Origin: Kudoa neothunni
Taxonomy: Eukaryota; Animalia; Cnidaria
Direction of reading: 5' to 3'
Length of the DNA: 64,000 nt
NCBI GenBank assembly: GCA_964304625.1
Contig: OZ199839.1
Span: 2,564,258 to 2,628,257 of the forward strand
Part shown: one piece after another, positions 37,908-52,749 of the stretch
How positions within the stretch are numbered: the first letter of the stretch is position 1
How the letters are laid out: each line of letters starts with the position of its first letter
Notes under the pieces: model-generated
Seen by the model: the letters and a program-made list of their open reading frames with translations, nothing else
Database searches by the model: none
Told to the model about the DNA's origin: nothing
Translations under genes and position numbers: made by a program

Positions 37908-39062
37908 CTGGGTTTTGCGTTCAAATCCGGATAACATTTTAATTTTTTTCGGGGTGTTACCGAAATTATTTACTTAAACCGCTACATGTCGAACAGTATT
38001 AGTGACATAATTCCCGGCGAAGTAGAACACAGCAACGAAAAACTGCAATTGGTTATTGATGCGGTGATTCTTAATGGTAAATCACAAGCCGAAACTTCCA
38101 GAGATTTAAATGTTCCACGCTCGACCGTAGATGACAGTAAAACTTTATGATGTCGAGGCAAGAACATTTAAGATCTCAAAGGGAGGCTCTGTCAATGTGA
38201 CACTGACTGAAGAACATAAGCAACGTCTTCTTGATATCATAGAAGACGATTGCACAATAACTCCACAATCTATGCTCGAAAAGTTAGATTTGCCGGTTCA
38301 TAGAAAAACGGTTTGGAGATGGCTCAAAGCACTCAAAATAACTTTTATAATGACCCGCCCTATTCCAAAAAATTGGAACTGTGCGGAAGTAAAATCGGAG
38401 CGTAGCTGCTATGCAAATTGGTATCATGAGCTTCCTCTCGACATACACTACAAAGATTAAATTTTTGTCGACGAAAGTCGCTTTTCGCTCCGCAAGCTAT
38501 GTTCTCATGGGCGTTCGCAAGTGGGAAACACACCAAAGCCAATGGTGCAAAACAGTAGGGGACGAAATGTCACTATGATCCTCGCCGTCAATGCCATTAG
38601 CGTGGTTAGTTATGAGGCTGTGCTTGGTGGTGTGAATCATGTTTTGTTCCTAGAATTCTATGATGAATACCCTTACGGTTTTCACTATTTACCGAGGTAT
38701 TCGCCATTTCTAAACCCCTGCGAAGAGGTTTTTTCCCAAATTAAAAGTAACGTTCGCAGAAGCGGACCATTAGGGAGGACCAATGATCTGTTCGGGAGAA
38801 TGGAGAATGCCTCTTATTCTGTCACAGAAACGCACTTAAAAAATTATTTCCAAGCATTTTATTTGTTTATTGTCGGAATTTATTCGCTTATTACTTAATT
38901 AGTAAACTTTTTTAATTTATATAAGTAAGAATTTGCTTTCAAAATATCACGAGTTAGAATAACGAATGAACGTTACATTAATCGAAAAAATTACTCAAAA
39001 TAAATAATTTATTGAATCCGAATTCAGGTGCAGTATTGTCCAGATTCGAGTGCAAAACCCGG
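37908..39062 (+). mobile_element. Tc1/IS630-like transposon, frameshifted
   Basis: TA-flanked TIRs CTGGGTTTTGCGTTCAAATCCGGA / TCCAGATTCGAGTGCAAAACCCGG; motifs IFVDES and LPRYSPFLNPCEEVFSQIK. Confidence 0.85.
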
Positions 39063-39256
39063 TATAAACAATACAAAGTCTAAAATTTTACATATTATAT
39101 AGTCATATGGGAATATGTTTTATGGTGCAATTAAGTACCAATACTGTTAATCCAAACTTTCAATAACCGGTCAAAACCAGAAATAAAACTAAGATTTGTG
39201 GTCACAAATGAATAAATGTTTTGATAATAACTCTATAAATTTGTTTAAAAAATGCA

Positions 39257-41883
39257 TTATCTGATCCCTTTGCTCGAAGCCACCTTCTTGCGATAGATAA
39301 CCAAGTAATAAAATAGTCCTGCAGCGACACATAGCATCGCTCCAACAACAGAACCACTATTAAAATTGTTAACAATTCTATTCAGAACAATTTTACGATA
39401 TAATCCCAGCCACTTTCATACTAAATCTATGTTAGATTATTACAAAAATTATATTTTTACTGGTTAGAGTCAGCTTTTGCAATGACATCTGGTGCTAAAT
39501 ATACCGATTTTTCAATTATAGTTCATATGTTTATATATTTACTAAAAAGTATATAATTATAAAATTACGAAGTCCAAATATTTATGAGAAATGAATTATG
39601 TAATTTTATTATTAGAATATGAATAAATAGCTTACCCTTTGGTTGTGGCACGCGTGACTTTTGTGGTCGATGGAGCTAATTTTCAATTTAAAACAAAATA
39701 AAGAAATAATCTAACTGATGATTACTAAATAAATATATAATAATTCAGTCGTTTATTAAACATGATTACCTTGTAGTATCTGTCACACTCTCACCTTCTA
39801 TAGAATGATTGCATTTCAAATAAACAATTAAAAATACCTTTTCTCACAATATATATTGTCTCTCCATGCATGTATTTTTCAGGTTTCACAATTAATTTGT
39901 ATGATTTTTCGGATGAGACACCAGTATATGTGATTGAGTCGCATTTTGTTTCGCAAACTGCACTGGCCGTAGATGTCGCAGGGCACGGATTCCCCACTAT
40001 TTTAGGTGTTGTAGCATCTGTAATATCAATCAATGTATTAGAGCATTTTATTTCTGCCATATTTCTTGATGGATTCATAGCTCCGACAAACTTTATGGTC
40101 CCGCCATTAAACGAATGTGTTATGGTTAATGTTGCACCATCTAATGAAAAGGTTAAATTGAAAAATAAAACGAGAATTACCTGTTATCAATTCTTCAACT
40201 ATTTTATCACTTTTTGTGCTATCAAATTTTATCATCACGGAGTATTGTGTCCCGCGCCCCAATCTTTCGAGTTCAACTTGTTCAGAACACATTACTCTGC
40301 AAGGGAACCTTCCATTGCAATGTACATCAGTGTAAAAACTTTGCCATTCAGTCTTTATCTTAATTAAACAAGAAATTTTATCATTGTTCTCGGCCATTGG
40401 CTGCAATCGCATTCTTGTATCCATAATGTTTATTTTATTACTTTCAAGTTGGATTGCATCTCCGCCTAAGTGCTAATTTTAAATTTTCACTAAAATTTAT
40501 TGACTTGTTTTTAAGTAATATTCAAACGTTGTAGTTTCTGTTTCACCATTTTTTGCTTCAATCATTATTACATAAGTTGTTCCAGCACTTAAGTTTGTAA
40601 CACTTTTACTGTCACAAGTGGTTGTGCACGTTTCTTGTGAGCATTGTGGTGTTTTTCTTGTGGCTGTTGGATCAAGGGCCTTTCTTACATAAACTGTACA
40701 ACTAATAGCGCCATCTGTACCAGACGATAATTTCATATGTGTTAAATCTAAAGTAAAACCAGTGTCTGAAAGTGCGGTTGGGACTATTCCATTGTTTGCA
40801 ACTATAACAAAGTTAATCATCCTTCCTTTAAATTTTTATACTTGTGTAGGTTTTAATTGGATCTACTTCCTTGGTCACTTCACGGATAAAAACAGATCCT
40901 AATTGGAAGTTTGCATCAGCTATCATTACCACCTCAGTACATGGATTAATACATGACGTTACACTTGATCCACATTTTTTCACATATTCATTATTTCCTG
41001 CACTTTGTTTTTGTATCCTAAATTCGCAGAGCTTATCAGGTTTTTGATTCAGGATTGCAATTTTATATTTATCATCTGATTCTTTTGCCATTGTGAAGAA
41101 AAATTCAGAAAATTCAGAGGCCTTTTTTGTGAATTCATTATTTACATAATAAACAAAAATGGGGAAGTAATCGCCGCATTCTATAGTATAATCGTAACGA
41201 TAGGTTATTAAACTTGCTTTCAAAGTAGCTTGACCCGCTGATTCACAATTATCACTTTCTCCTGATTTCGCAATCTCAATACCATCTGTGTTTAGTTTGC
41301 ATTCAGATATTGGGCATAACATTTTGTAATTAAACTTGACTTTTTCATTTTCTTTTTGTACAGTTATATCTGGATTCAGAACATAGCCTAAGTATAGTTA
41401 AGATCATCGAAAATCTAAATTATGTTCTATATTTAGATTACTTTTTGGTATCACAAAAACCTTTTTAAAATTAGGATTAGATTCAGCCTTTTCTTTTGTA
41501 TCAGCAAATTTAATTAAAACAAAGGTTGCAGAAAAAGAAGCAATTTTGATCTCCAGGTTTTCTGTCGTACATGGCACAACGCATATACCGATTTTTTCAG
41601 TGTTTAAACAAGGAAAATCTTCGTAAGCAATTTTTTTTTCATTGTTGATTTTAGAAAGTTGTATGTGACATATAAAATTGGCATCAAAATTTTTTAGCGA
41701 TATTTTAATTTTATTTCTATTATTTGACTCTTCGGTGATTCCATACTCAAGGAAATTTGATTTTATCGTTGGTGAAACATTTAACGAATCTAAACATATC
41801 CATGTGTATATATGTAATATAAATTAATCAAACTAACAAAGTATGAAGGTTGAAAAAGTCACAACTGACAGAAGAAGTCGCAT
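39257..41883 (-). CDS. Surface membrane protein family, copy 4 (mosaic)
   Basis: MRLLLSVVTFSTFIL... to ...YRKKVASSKGIR*. Twin introns at 39676-39770 and 39495-39636. Confidence 0.85.
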
Positions 41884-42003
41884 TATGATTGAAACCAACT
41901 TAATACGATATTTATTATTCACGAATACCACTCGATTCAATTGGTAATGAATTTTCGGACAAGTCGTTAAAATGACGAGAGTATATGAAAATAAAAATTT
42001 AAA

Positions 42004-42042
<39 letters not shown>

Positions 42043-42170
42043 TGACATCATTAGAAATATATTTTCAAATGTTTTAAATTATATCGATATTTTGATAAAA
42101 TTTAACTTGTTAGGCACAACTTTAGTATTAAAAATATTTATTTCTGTAAATAAATAAAAATTAAATTTAA

Positions 42171-43046
42171 CCCTTAGGGGGCGGAAAGGGTATTTTAGTA
42201 ACTCCAATTATTTTATTTTTCGAAATTTCTATTTTACGTTTTCATTTTCTCCATAATTTTTCATGGAATTTTTTTAATATTAACTAATCTTTAAATCAAA
42301 CTAACAAAAAATTATTTTCTTAGGGATATAAAATAATAGACTACTTTTTCAAACCCGAACCAATAGTATTTAGTGTTTAAAGGCCATTGATTCTGATATA
42401 TATATATATATATTATATATTTCATTTTAACCAAAAAATAATTCCTAAATGAATAAAAGTAATGAGAATATTACTAAGTTTGGATTTTATTCTCTACCGG
42501 AAGAATACGAAAAGCTTGGAGATTATTCTAAGATTATTATAAGGCACGAGCGTCCATCATAATGTATTAATTTTGAATGTATTGATCGATTATTATTTAA
42601 TTTCGTTCCTAATTGGTTTTTATTTTTACTATAGAATTAAAATTATAACAGAAAAGGTAGTTATTTGAAGGAAGGAAATATTCCCGCGATTTATTACCAC
42701 GATCGCAAAATGAGATTAACGAAAATTTTTGGATATCTTTGTTGTGGCGGGTTTGTCGGTTGTTCCTTTCAGATGACAAATTCACTTGAATATCAACCTT
42801 GAGCTTTCCAATATTTACTTAATTGCTTTATACAAACATAGCCCATATTTTTGAGAAATTTCTTTCATTTTTTTCCTGTCTGTTAAATACTTTTACATAC
42901 GGCGTTTACTTTTATTTTAAATTAAGTAATAACCACATAAAACAAGAGTTTTATCCCTGCGAGCGAATTAAGTTGAAAAACCCCTGGGATAATTAGGTTC
43001 CCCCTTCGACACCCGCGTAAGTTACTCGAGTTCCGGCTTCCGAATG
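42171..43046. mobile_element. Possible TTAA-flanked non-autonomous element
   Basis: TTAA|CCCTTAGGGGGCGGAA ... TTCCGGCTTCCGAATG|TTAA; TIR match is weak. Confidence 0.35.
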
Positions 43047-43324
43047 TTAAAAGAAATGTCGTGATAAAATAGAGATTCCATCATAAACCGTATTTCAATC
43101 TAAAAACCAGCGTATTTTTTGTTTGTAATTTAGAACATTAATGAAATTAATGTATGTTCTTGTATTAAAATTGAAATTATTATTATTATAGTATTTAGAT
43201 AATGGCTAAATTACAATAATGTAACATAAATGCAACTAGTTAAAAGACATTTTTAAATAAATCTTACCACATAATTCTCAGTTATTTTTTTGGTTTCATC
43301 AATTTTAATTATATTAACGTAATA

Positions 43325-44605
43325 TAGAGTTTTTTGAGCATTAACGACATTTACCTATTTTTAGCTTATAAATGGGTAAAAAAAATTTTTTTCGAATAGT
43401 ACAATTAAAAAAAGCAATATTGTAAATTAATGTAATATTTATAGCAATGTATCTTAGCATCTACATGTAGTACCCAGAACAATCAGCTGAGGTAATAGTA
43501 TGGAAACCGTCATCAATTAATTTTAATAGATCTGGTTCATTTTTGGCTTCATCCCTGACAACACTATTGTTCTATTTGCTAGACACATTTTCAATAGGGT
43601 TGAGAAATGGGTAATACGGAGTTAGATACGTCAAGGATAATTGTAATGTTTCTATGACTTCTTCAAGTCTTTGATAATGGTGTACCCCTGCATTATCTAA
43701 AATAAAGCAAGGATCTTCTACCCCATTCGTTTGACATAAACTTGAAAGCTCTGTAAGAAAAGCTTAAAAGACCTCCCTATTGACTTGCTGACGATTAATT
43801 TTATAAAAAATTACCCTGTCCTTATTCATGGATGCTATTACTGATATATTTCTTGTTCTAACACAGGGATCAGGAATATATGCAGATGTGCCTGCGAGGG
43901 AACGACCAAACCTTGTCCTACTTGAGACACTGAATCCAACTTCGTCAATAAAGACAAAGTTTTTCCCATCAGTCTCAAGTAGTTTTGAATTAAACTTTCG
44001 GGCATAAGCAAGACATTGTCCCAAGGTGCTATCACAATTTCTCCTTCGCGGAACAATTGTTGCTGTTTTTAGCGAGTAATGGGATTCGCCTAAGTATCTA
44101 TTAAAAATACTCAAGTTAACATTCTCGCCGCATTCGTCTATCAGTTTTTTCCGCAATGCTTTCAAGATAATCGTGGCTTCTTCATCTACCCAACTTCATA
44201 CCATTGACTTTTCATTGCTATTAAGTTTTGTGGAATAATCTCCACCTCGTTTCTTAGATTCAACTTTCCCGTCAATTAGATTTAAATAAACAATTGTGGC
44301 GACCATGGTTCTTTTAAGTTCTACATTCTCAGCAATAAAAGAGTCACTGTATCCTTTTTTTGCTTTGCTTAATTATCATTCGCCTTGTATCGTTTGGTAC
44401 TGATTGCCTTTTATTTTGTCTAGTAGGAGGTATTATTTGAGAATTGTTTGTGTTAATTTGAAGTTTAATCAGTTACATATTCTCAAATAATGTTAATTAT
44501 TTAACCATTCGGCATATATTTAATAACGTCAAGATCGCCAGGATATATCAGTAACTCAAGTGTCGTTAAGGTTTGATACAGTGTCGTTAAAGCTCTAAAA
44601 CCCTA
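43325..44605 (-). mobile_element. Tc1/IS630-like transposon, degenerate
   Basis: TA-flanked TIRs TAGAGTTTTTTGAGCATTAACGACA / TGTCGTTAAAGCTCTAAAACCCTA; catalytic motifs FVFIDEVGF, FILDNAGVHH, PYYPFLNPIENV. Confidence 0.85.
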
Positions 44606-45223
44606 TATATTGGTAAATTCATACGTTATTTTCTTCGATATTAGTTACAATGGCTGATTTTGTTATCAAAAATATGCTTCACACAAGTTTAACTAATATT
44701 GACCATGTAAATTTATTACATTTACTAATTAATTATTAATTTACATCTGAAATATAAAGAATAAATTCTTATATATCATTTTGTTCAATTATTGTTCACG
44801 CTTCCGAACTATTATATTTATAAACAAATTTAACTCTAGTTAAATAAGGATAATACGGAAATAGTTTCTATATTATGGAATTTTTGGAATAGATAATATT
44901 GGGAAAATTTAATAATGAATAAATTAAGTTTAAATATTAATATGTTTTTGTTACGTACAATTCTTGTCAAACTCTATAGAATTAAGTAATAATTACTAAT
45001 TGAATTATCCCAAGTGGATATGATTTTCTTTTTGTAATATATTATTTCTATGAAAACGTATACATCAGTTGGAAGTCAATTTTTATGTTTTATTTCTCAT
45101 TAGGTTGAATTTATAAGAAACAAAATTTAATTAAAATATATTAATTAACATTTTACGTTTTTATAATAATTAGATAATAACAGATATATTCTGTGATAAT
45201 TGATACAAAAAATTAATAATATA

Positions 45224-45476
45224 CAGTTGGTGACGGGTTGTGGGCACTAAAATGGGAATTGGGTTCGAGGTGCCCACGACCCGTCAAATGCCCTCGAGCC
45301 GTAAATTTGGACTAATTCATATATACAGCGAAATAAAACAAAAATTAAGTTTATAATAATTTATTATAATTGTTATTCTTTTATTCGATTCATTATAATT
45401 AGTAACAGTATTGTTTAAGTCATTAAATCATAACAGGTACCCACGAGTGGTAGTGCGCACGAGCCGTCACCTACTT
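45224..45476. mobile_element. ~250-bp MITE (Tc1/mariner/pogo type)
   Basis: TA|CAGTTGGTGACGGGTTGTGGGCACTA ... TAGTGCGCACGAGCCGTCACCTACT inverted termini. Confidence 0.7.
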
Positions 45477-45653
45477 ATACATATATTAGAATATATTTTA
45501 TGGTAGAATTAAGTAACAACAAAAATAATACAAAATTTAAATAACCTATAAAAACCAAGAATAAAACTTAGCTTATTGATAAACCGTATATAAATACGTT
45601 GATAATAATTCTATCAATATATTTAAAAAAAATTCTGACGTATAAAAAATTTA

Positions 45654-48285
45654 TTATCTGATTCCCTTGCTTGAAGCCACCTTCTTGCGGTAAATAACCA
45701 AATAATAAAATAATCCTGCAGCTACACATAGTATTACTCCAACGACAGATCCCCTATTAAAATTGTTAACATCTTTATTCAGAACAATTTTACGATATAA
45801 TCCCGGCCACCTTCATACTAAATCTATGTTAGTTCATTACAAAAATTATCTTTTTACTGGTTAGAATCAGTTTTTGCAATTACATCTGGTGCTAAATATA
45901 CCATTTTTCAATTATACTTTATATATTCATGTATTTACTAAAAAGTATATAATTATAAAATTAAGAAGTCCAAATATTTATGAGAAATGAATTATGTAAT
46001 TTTATTTCATTATTAGTATATGAATAAATAGCTTACCCTTTGGTTGTGGCACGCGTGACTTTTGTGGTCGGTGGAGCTAATTTTCAATTTAAAACAAAAT
46101 AAAGAAATAATCTAATTGATAATTACTAAATATTTATATAATAATTCAGTCGTTTATTAAACATGATTACCTTGTAGTATCTGTCACACTCTCACCTTCT
46201 ATAGAATGATTGCATCTCAAATAAACAATTAAAAATACCTTTTCTCACAATATATATTGTTTCTCCATGCATGTATTTTTCAGGTTTCACTATTAATTTG
46301 TATGATTTTTCAGATGAAACACCAGTATATGTGATTGAGTCGCATTTTGTATCGCAAACTGCACCGGCCGTAGATGTCGCAGGGCACGGATTCCCCACTA
46401 TTTTAGGTGTTGTAGCATCTGTAATATCAATCAATGTATTAGAGCATTTTATTTCTGCCATATTTCTTGATGGATTCATAGCTCCGACAAACTTTATGGT
46501 CCCGCCATTAAACGAATGTGTTATGGTTAATGTCGCACCATCTAATGAAAAGGTTAAATTGAAAAATAAAACGAGAATTACCTGTTATCAATTCTTCAAC
46601 TATTTTATCACTTTTTGTGCTATCAAATTTTATCATCACGGAGTATTGTGTCCCGCGCTCCAATCTTTCGAGTTCAACTTGTTCAGAACACATTACTCTG
46701 CAAGGGAACCTTCCATTGCAATGTACATCAGTGTAGAAATTTGTCCATTCATTCTTTATTTTAATTAAACAAGCAATTTTATCATTGTTCTCGGCCATTG
46801 GCTGTAATCGTACTCTTGTATCCATAATGTTTATTTTATTACTTTCAAGTTGTACCGTATCTCCATCTGTATATTTATTTAATAAATTCACAAAATTTAT
46901 TTACTTGTCCTTAAATAATATTCAAATGTTGTCACTTCTGAATTATCCTTTTTTGCATCAACAATTATGATATAAGTTGTTCCGGCAATTAAGTTGGAAA
47001 TGCTTTTAGTGTCACAATTGGTGGTGTGTACTGCATCTGAATATTGCGGTTCTTGTTTTTTTGTAATTGTTGGATCAAGAGCCTTTCTCATGCTAACAGT
47101 ACAACTGTTAGCATCACTTGTACCAGTTGATGACTTCATATTTGAAAAATCTAGTGTAAATCCGGTGTTTGTAGTATCTTTCGGAGTAATATCATTATTT
47201 GCCACTATAAGTAAGTTAATCGTCTTTCATTTAACTTTTTATACTTGTGTGTGTTTTAACTTGATCTTCTTTCATTGTCACTTCACGAATATAAACAGAT
47301 TTCAGTTGAAAATTTTCGTCGGCTTTCATTACAACCATGGTACATGGATGAATACATATATCCGAGTTTATTCCACAATTTTTCACGTATTCTTTTTCTC
47401 GTGCAGTTTGATTTTTTATTCTGAATTCGCAAAGTTTATCAGGTTTTGGATTTAGAATTGTAATTTTATATTTTTCATCTCCTGATTCTTTAGTCACTTT
47501 GAAGAAAAATTGGGAATATTCAGAGGCCTTTTTTGTATATTTATTGTTTATATAATAAACAAAATTAGGGAAATAATCGCCACATTCTAATGTATAATCG
47601 TATCGATAGGTTATTAAACTTGCCTTCAAACTAGCTTGATTTTCTGTCTTACAAGTATCACTTGTCTCTGATTTCACAACATCAAAACCACCTGAGGTCA
47701 GTTTGCATTCTGTTATTGGACATATCATTCTATAAGTAAACTTGATATTTTCCGCTTCCGTTGTTACAGAAATTCCTGGATTCAAAACATAGCCTAAAAA
47801 AATTAAGAATACCCAACAAATCAATTGTATTCTCTAGAAGGATTACTTTTTGGTATCAAAAAAACCTTCCTAAAGGTGGGATTAGATTCGGCGTTTTCGT
47901 TTGTATCAGCAACTTTGATTAAAATAAATATTGCTGAAAAAGATGCCACCTTCACCTCCAGATTTTCTTTATCACATGACACAACGCATTTACCACTTAT
48001 TCCAGTGTTATCACAAGACAAATCTTCGTAAATCAATTGGTTTTCGCTGACTTTTAAAATTTGAATGTGACAGCGTTTAGTGGCATCAAAACTCTTTAGC
48101 GATATTTTAATTTTATTTCTATTATTCGTCACTTCGGTGAGTCCAAATTCAACGTAATTTGATTTTGTCGTAGGGTCAGCATTTAACGAACCTATAATAT
48201 ATCCAGGCGTGTATAATAATATAAACAAATACAACTTACAAAATATGAATGCGGAAAAAGTCACAACGGACATAAACAGTCCCAT
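45654..48285 (-). CDS. Surface membrane protein family, copy 5
   Basis: MGLFMSVVTFSAFIF... to ...YRKKVASSKGIR*. Twin introns at 46077-46171 and 45892-46037. Confidence 0.85.
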
Positions 48286-49041
48286 TATAAATGAAAGAGA
48301 TTTAATCCGTTATTTGACCATTCACGGATACAATTCGATTCAATCGACAATGAATTTTCCGACAAGTCTTAAAAATATTTCAAATTTATAACAAGAATAA
48401 CAACTAAATAATTTTATATAAGTAAGTGATTGTTGAATCCATCCGAAAGAAATTATATAAATTATAAAATTTTCGGGATATTTGAGAAAATTTATAATAT
48501 TAGAATAATTATTTTTCCACAGCATAGTTGTTTTTATGCAGAGAAATAATAGTAAAGATAAATTTATTATCACGTTAACCAAAAGATTCTTCTTCATAAA
48601 ATTGAGTTTAACCTTCCAAGCGCCTGAAAATCGACTTTACATATTCCTTCGTTTGGGGTCCGATGGACACCACATGTTTTTAAATTACCCTCCGATGATT
48701 TTGGGGCAGAATCTACCACAATGCGATTTTAAAATTCATATATCTCATTATGTTGGAAATGTTGGCGTTTAAGGTTCTATGCATTCCTGTAACATACATT
48801 TTTTTAAAATATTTCATATTAAAATATTTATTGCATGTTTATCTACTAAAGTACTTTGGGGTAGAAAATTCCCCACCCATTTTTTACGTTTAAATTTAAA
48901 CAAAATTGAAAAACTCATTTAATTTATATATATAATGGTTTTATAAGCACAATTGAAATAAATATACATATCTCAAACTAGGTAATTGTGGTTTAATCTG
49001 CATTATTGATAATTCATTAAAACCTGTGTGTCGTAATTTTA

Positions 49042-52000
49042 TAGAGCGGGTGACGGCTAATTCGCACTTTTTTCATTTTCGACAATATTAATAAACCTTG
49101 AGGTTTTTATCGCCATATATATGAGTATAATAATTAATTATGATATTATACAATTTTAAAATGTTTCATCTTATTAAATATAAGAAAATTTTACGAGTTA
49201 CACCCATTGATGGATAATTCGCACTAATTTCAGTGGAGCAGGAATGCAAAGCGCGCGCCAGGATCATTTAATACAGAAATATGGTGAACAAAGAAAGCAT
49301 ATATGGATGACACTTACCGAAAAATATAATATTATTAAATACTTTGAAATTCAGCCTCCAAAAAATGCTAAAAGTCATACAGTGCAACATTTAGGCTTAT
49401 CCTCTATTTTAACATTGAATGAAATATTATTGAAAAAAGAGGAAATAAAGAGTTCAGATGAGATCAGAGTAGTCAAGAAAAATCATAAATTCCTGAAAAA
49501 TGGTTCAAATAATGAAATTAATCAACAAGTTTTTGAGTGGTTGACCCTGCCTGTCCGAGGTGGGCCACTGAGTGACCCCAATAGAGGTATTTTGTTCATA
49601 GAAAACTAAATTATTTTACCTAATATTTCCTGAATACCTCTTTGATGTTTCAGGGCTTCTTTGTAAACAATAAGAGTTACCGAAATTTGTTTTTAAGGTA
49701 TGACTTTTTGCGTTGCAAAATGGCACAATTTCAAAAATTTAAGTTAACGTTAGGATGTCGTTGCCTAAATTTGATATATTGTTTATTTCATTATTTTTAA
49801 TAGTTTAAATTGATTGTATTATATTATTAATAGAAATGTTAGACTTTTACTGTAGTAAGATTTTTTGGAGGTTTACGGAAGTTATTTTCACAAGGTTGTG
49901 TTAATTCTCCGTCAGTAGAAAACTTTTTGTTACTGTATGATAATACTTAAGAAAATTAGTATCGTGCTAAAAATTGTCCGAGAAGATAACTCAACTTATT
50001 GAGGTTCATCAAGCCGCGGCGATGACGTCTCATAATATGAATTTTCTGATATTACGCTTATTCAAACTGATTTTTTTCATTCGTAATATTGTTTATGTTT
50101 CATCCGCAAAACCAAAAATTAAATTATTACATTTCTGTTTTTCAAATAAATTGAACTATAATGTCAATATATAATCAAAAAGTGTGTAAATTTTAAAACG
50201 AAACAGATTATGACTGAAGAATTCAACAAACAGCAAAAATAGAAATTTCTTCTGCGTCGTCGGAATCCAAAATCTGCTTATACCGACCACTAATGAAACT
50301 TACGTTTTGTTGTGCGTTTTGTTGTTGGTGGCATAATCGTGCTAAACTTTTGTTTTTTTTAAGTTTTATGATAATCGAGTGAATTATGTCTACAAAGAAA
50401 TCATTATTGCCGAAATGCTGTCAATTTAAACCCATCGCATTTCATTTTGTGTACAAAATGATGCGGCTAACAATCAATGCCATTTTTTGTAATGAAGGAA
50501 ATAAAAATTCAGTTAAATTTTTGTTGTTATCAGCTTAATACTATATAATAAATTAATTGATAATAATTCAAGTGTAGTCAAATGTCATTAACATTGATTT
50601 CTACTTGGGTCGCTGAGCGCCCCACCTTGGCACAGGGGTAATTTTTTTCACTTAGTACAGGGAAGGTTAATATGAATGAGGTCTAAAAAATTGGAAATTT
50701 CGTCGTTGGAAATTATTTCGAAACGAAATGAATTGTAAAAAACATTAATAAAGAAGCGGAAGATATGAGCTATGGTTGGTTTCGTAGATTCAACGAAAGA
50801 TTTTAATTTACGACTAAATTTTCATGGTGAGGCAAACATGGTAAACATGGAAGCTGTCGATGATTGGAAACTTCAACTAAAAAATATATTGAAAAATTAT
50901 AAAGCTGAACAAGTGTACAACCTTAATGAAACAGCTTTATTCTATCAGCAACATCTCAGTAAGACATAAGCTATACAAAAACGACAAAAAGAATCATTAA
51001 TTTGTTACATGTCGTTAAAAAAAACAATTATATCAACATTTAATATATGTCAATCATTAACAAATACCGATTAAAATTTTGTTAAGAACTATTTTACAAT
51101 ACATTATATTCACGCGAACGTATTTATGGTAACATAGTTTAGAAAGAATTTATGTTCTATCTACTGAAATAAATGCAAAATGCTCAAAGTGATAAAAAAG
51201 AGTTACGCTTTTATTGGGAGCATCATTATTAGGCGAAAAATTGGAACCATTAGTGATTGGTCATCATGAAAACCCTAGGTGTTTTAAAAATTTGAAAAAT
51301 ACTCAAGTTCCTTACTTCTCCAATATGAAAGCATGAATGACCTCGGAGATATTTAAGAAATATTTAGTTAAATTAAATTCTAATTACAAATAGCTGAACA
51401 AAAAAATTGTGCTATTTCTTGATAATGCGAGTTGCCATTCACCATTACAATTATCACATATTGAATTATCATTTTTCCCTAAAAAACACAACTAGTGTTC
51501 TACAACCTATGGATCAAGGGATTACTAATTCATTTAAAGCTGTTTATAGAAGATATCTAATAAATAGATCTACATTTTTAGTTGAGAATGATGTCGAACT
51601 TAAACCAATTGATTTATTAGATGCGTTGGTATTTGTAAAAAAAAATCGTGGGATCACGTAAACGATCCAAATAATATCCAATTGTTTCAAGAAGGCTGGA
51701 TTTAGATTCGATGATAACGAAGATCCTTATTACTATTTTTTACAAACTTAATAATTATACATAGACGAACCCGTAAACCATGAAGTTTTAAATGATATCG
51801 ACGATCCAGAAATAATACAATGTCAAGATGAAGATGAACTCGTTTCAAGTCTGTGAATTTGAGGGAAACCATGAAAACAACGGATGTAACCATGGATGTA
51901 GAAAAATTGTCTGATTATGAACCTGAAACATACAAAGAAGTGTCATATACCACGAAACAAGTGCTGAAATGCTTTGAATATTTTAAAGGGACACTTCCTT

Positions 52001-52255
52001 AAGAATGGATCAAATATTTTGGATTATCTTCACAAACCAGAAGAGGAAATGTTTCTAGTCTCAAAAAAAAGGATTTAAGCAAACGAAAATAATAAATTTT
52101 TGTTTAAAAAAGTAGGATAATATCACATTTCTTATAAAATCGACCAAAATCTTTTGCGCGCGCTAAATAATAGTGCGAATTAGCCAGCAATGATGTTTAA
52201 TAAGAACTTTTTCTTTGGTCCCAAATGGATTACGAATTAGCCGTCACCCACTCTA
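49042..52255 (+). mobile_element. pogo/Tigger (TIGD-like) transposon, degenerate, with nested insertion
   Basis: TA-flanked TIRs TAGAGCGGGTGACGGCTAATTCG / CGAATTAGCCGTCACCCACTCTA; motifs VYNLNETALF, GEKLEPLVIG..ENPRCFK, LFLDNASCH, NTTSVLQPMDQGI. Confidence 0.9.
49545..50667. mobile_element. piggyBac-type non-autonomous element nested in the pogo transposase
   Basis: TTGA|CCCTGCCTGT ... ACAGGGAAGG|TTAA, with subterminal inverted GGTGGGCCACTGAGTGACCC / GGGTCGCTGAGCGCCCCACC. Confidence 0.7.
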
Positions 52256-52749
52256 TACAGACAATTGAAATACCTTTTTTGTATATTTTTCAAAAGTTCT
52301 CAATTTTGTGTATTCTATTTCAATCTATTTTTATTATTGTGTTTATAACTTAATTTGTTCGGTAACAATTTTAGATTCTTAGTAACTTTTCGACAAAGAA
52401 TGAACGCTTATCTTTTTCAAATTAGCAAATATCCAAAATTATAAATAATTTGAATAATAAAAATGTTAAAATCATTTAATTGCTATTTTACTGTTTTCCG
52501 ATTTCGTGTTTTTCATCATAATCAATGTATTATATTGCCAATATTTGGAGTAGATTAAATAATTATCTCTTTCAAATTTTAGAAAATACAAAATTTTCGT
52601 AAACAATGTTTGATGTAAATGTGTAATTAACGTTTGCATTAATAAAACACAGTAATTTCTATAAGGCTCCCCTTACATCAATAAAATTCACAAGATTTAT
52701 CTTAAAGGAGACAATATTTTTATTTTTTTTGTTTGATGTTAATTTAATT

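Noticed and set aside
39870-40367. Plus-strand ORFs of 165 aa here and at 46271-46768, and similar ones at 17636, 32317, 46994
   Set aside because: Antisense shadows of the minus-strand surface-protein exons; repeated only because the genes are duplicated.
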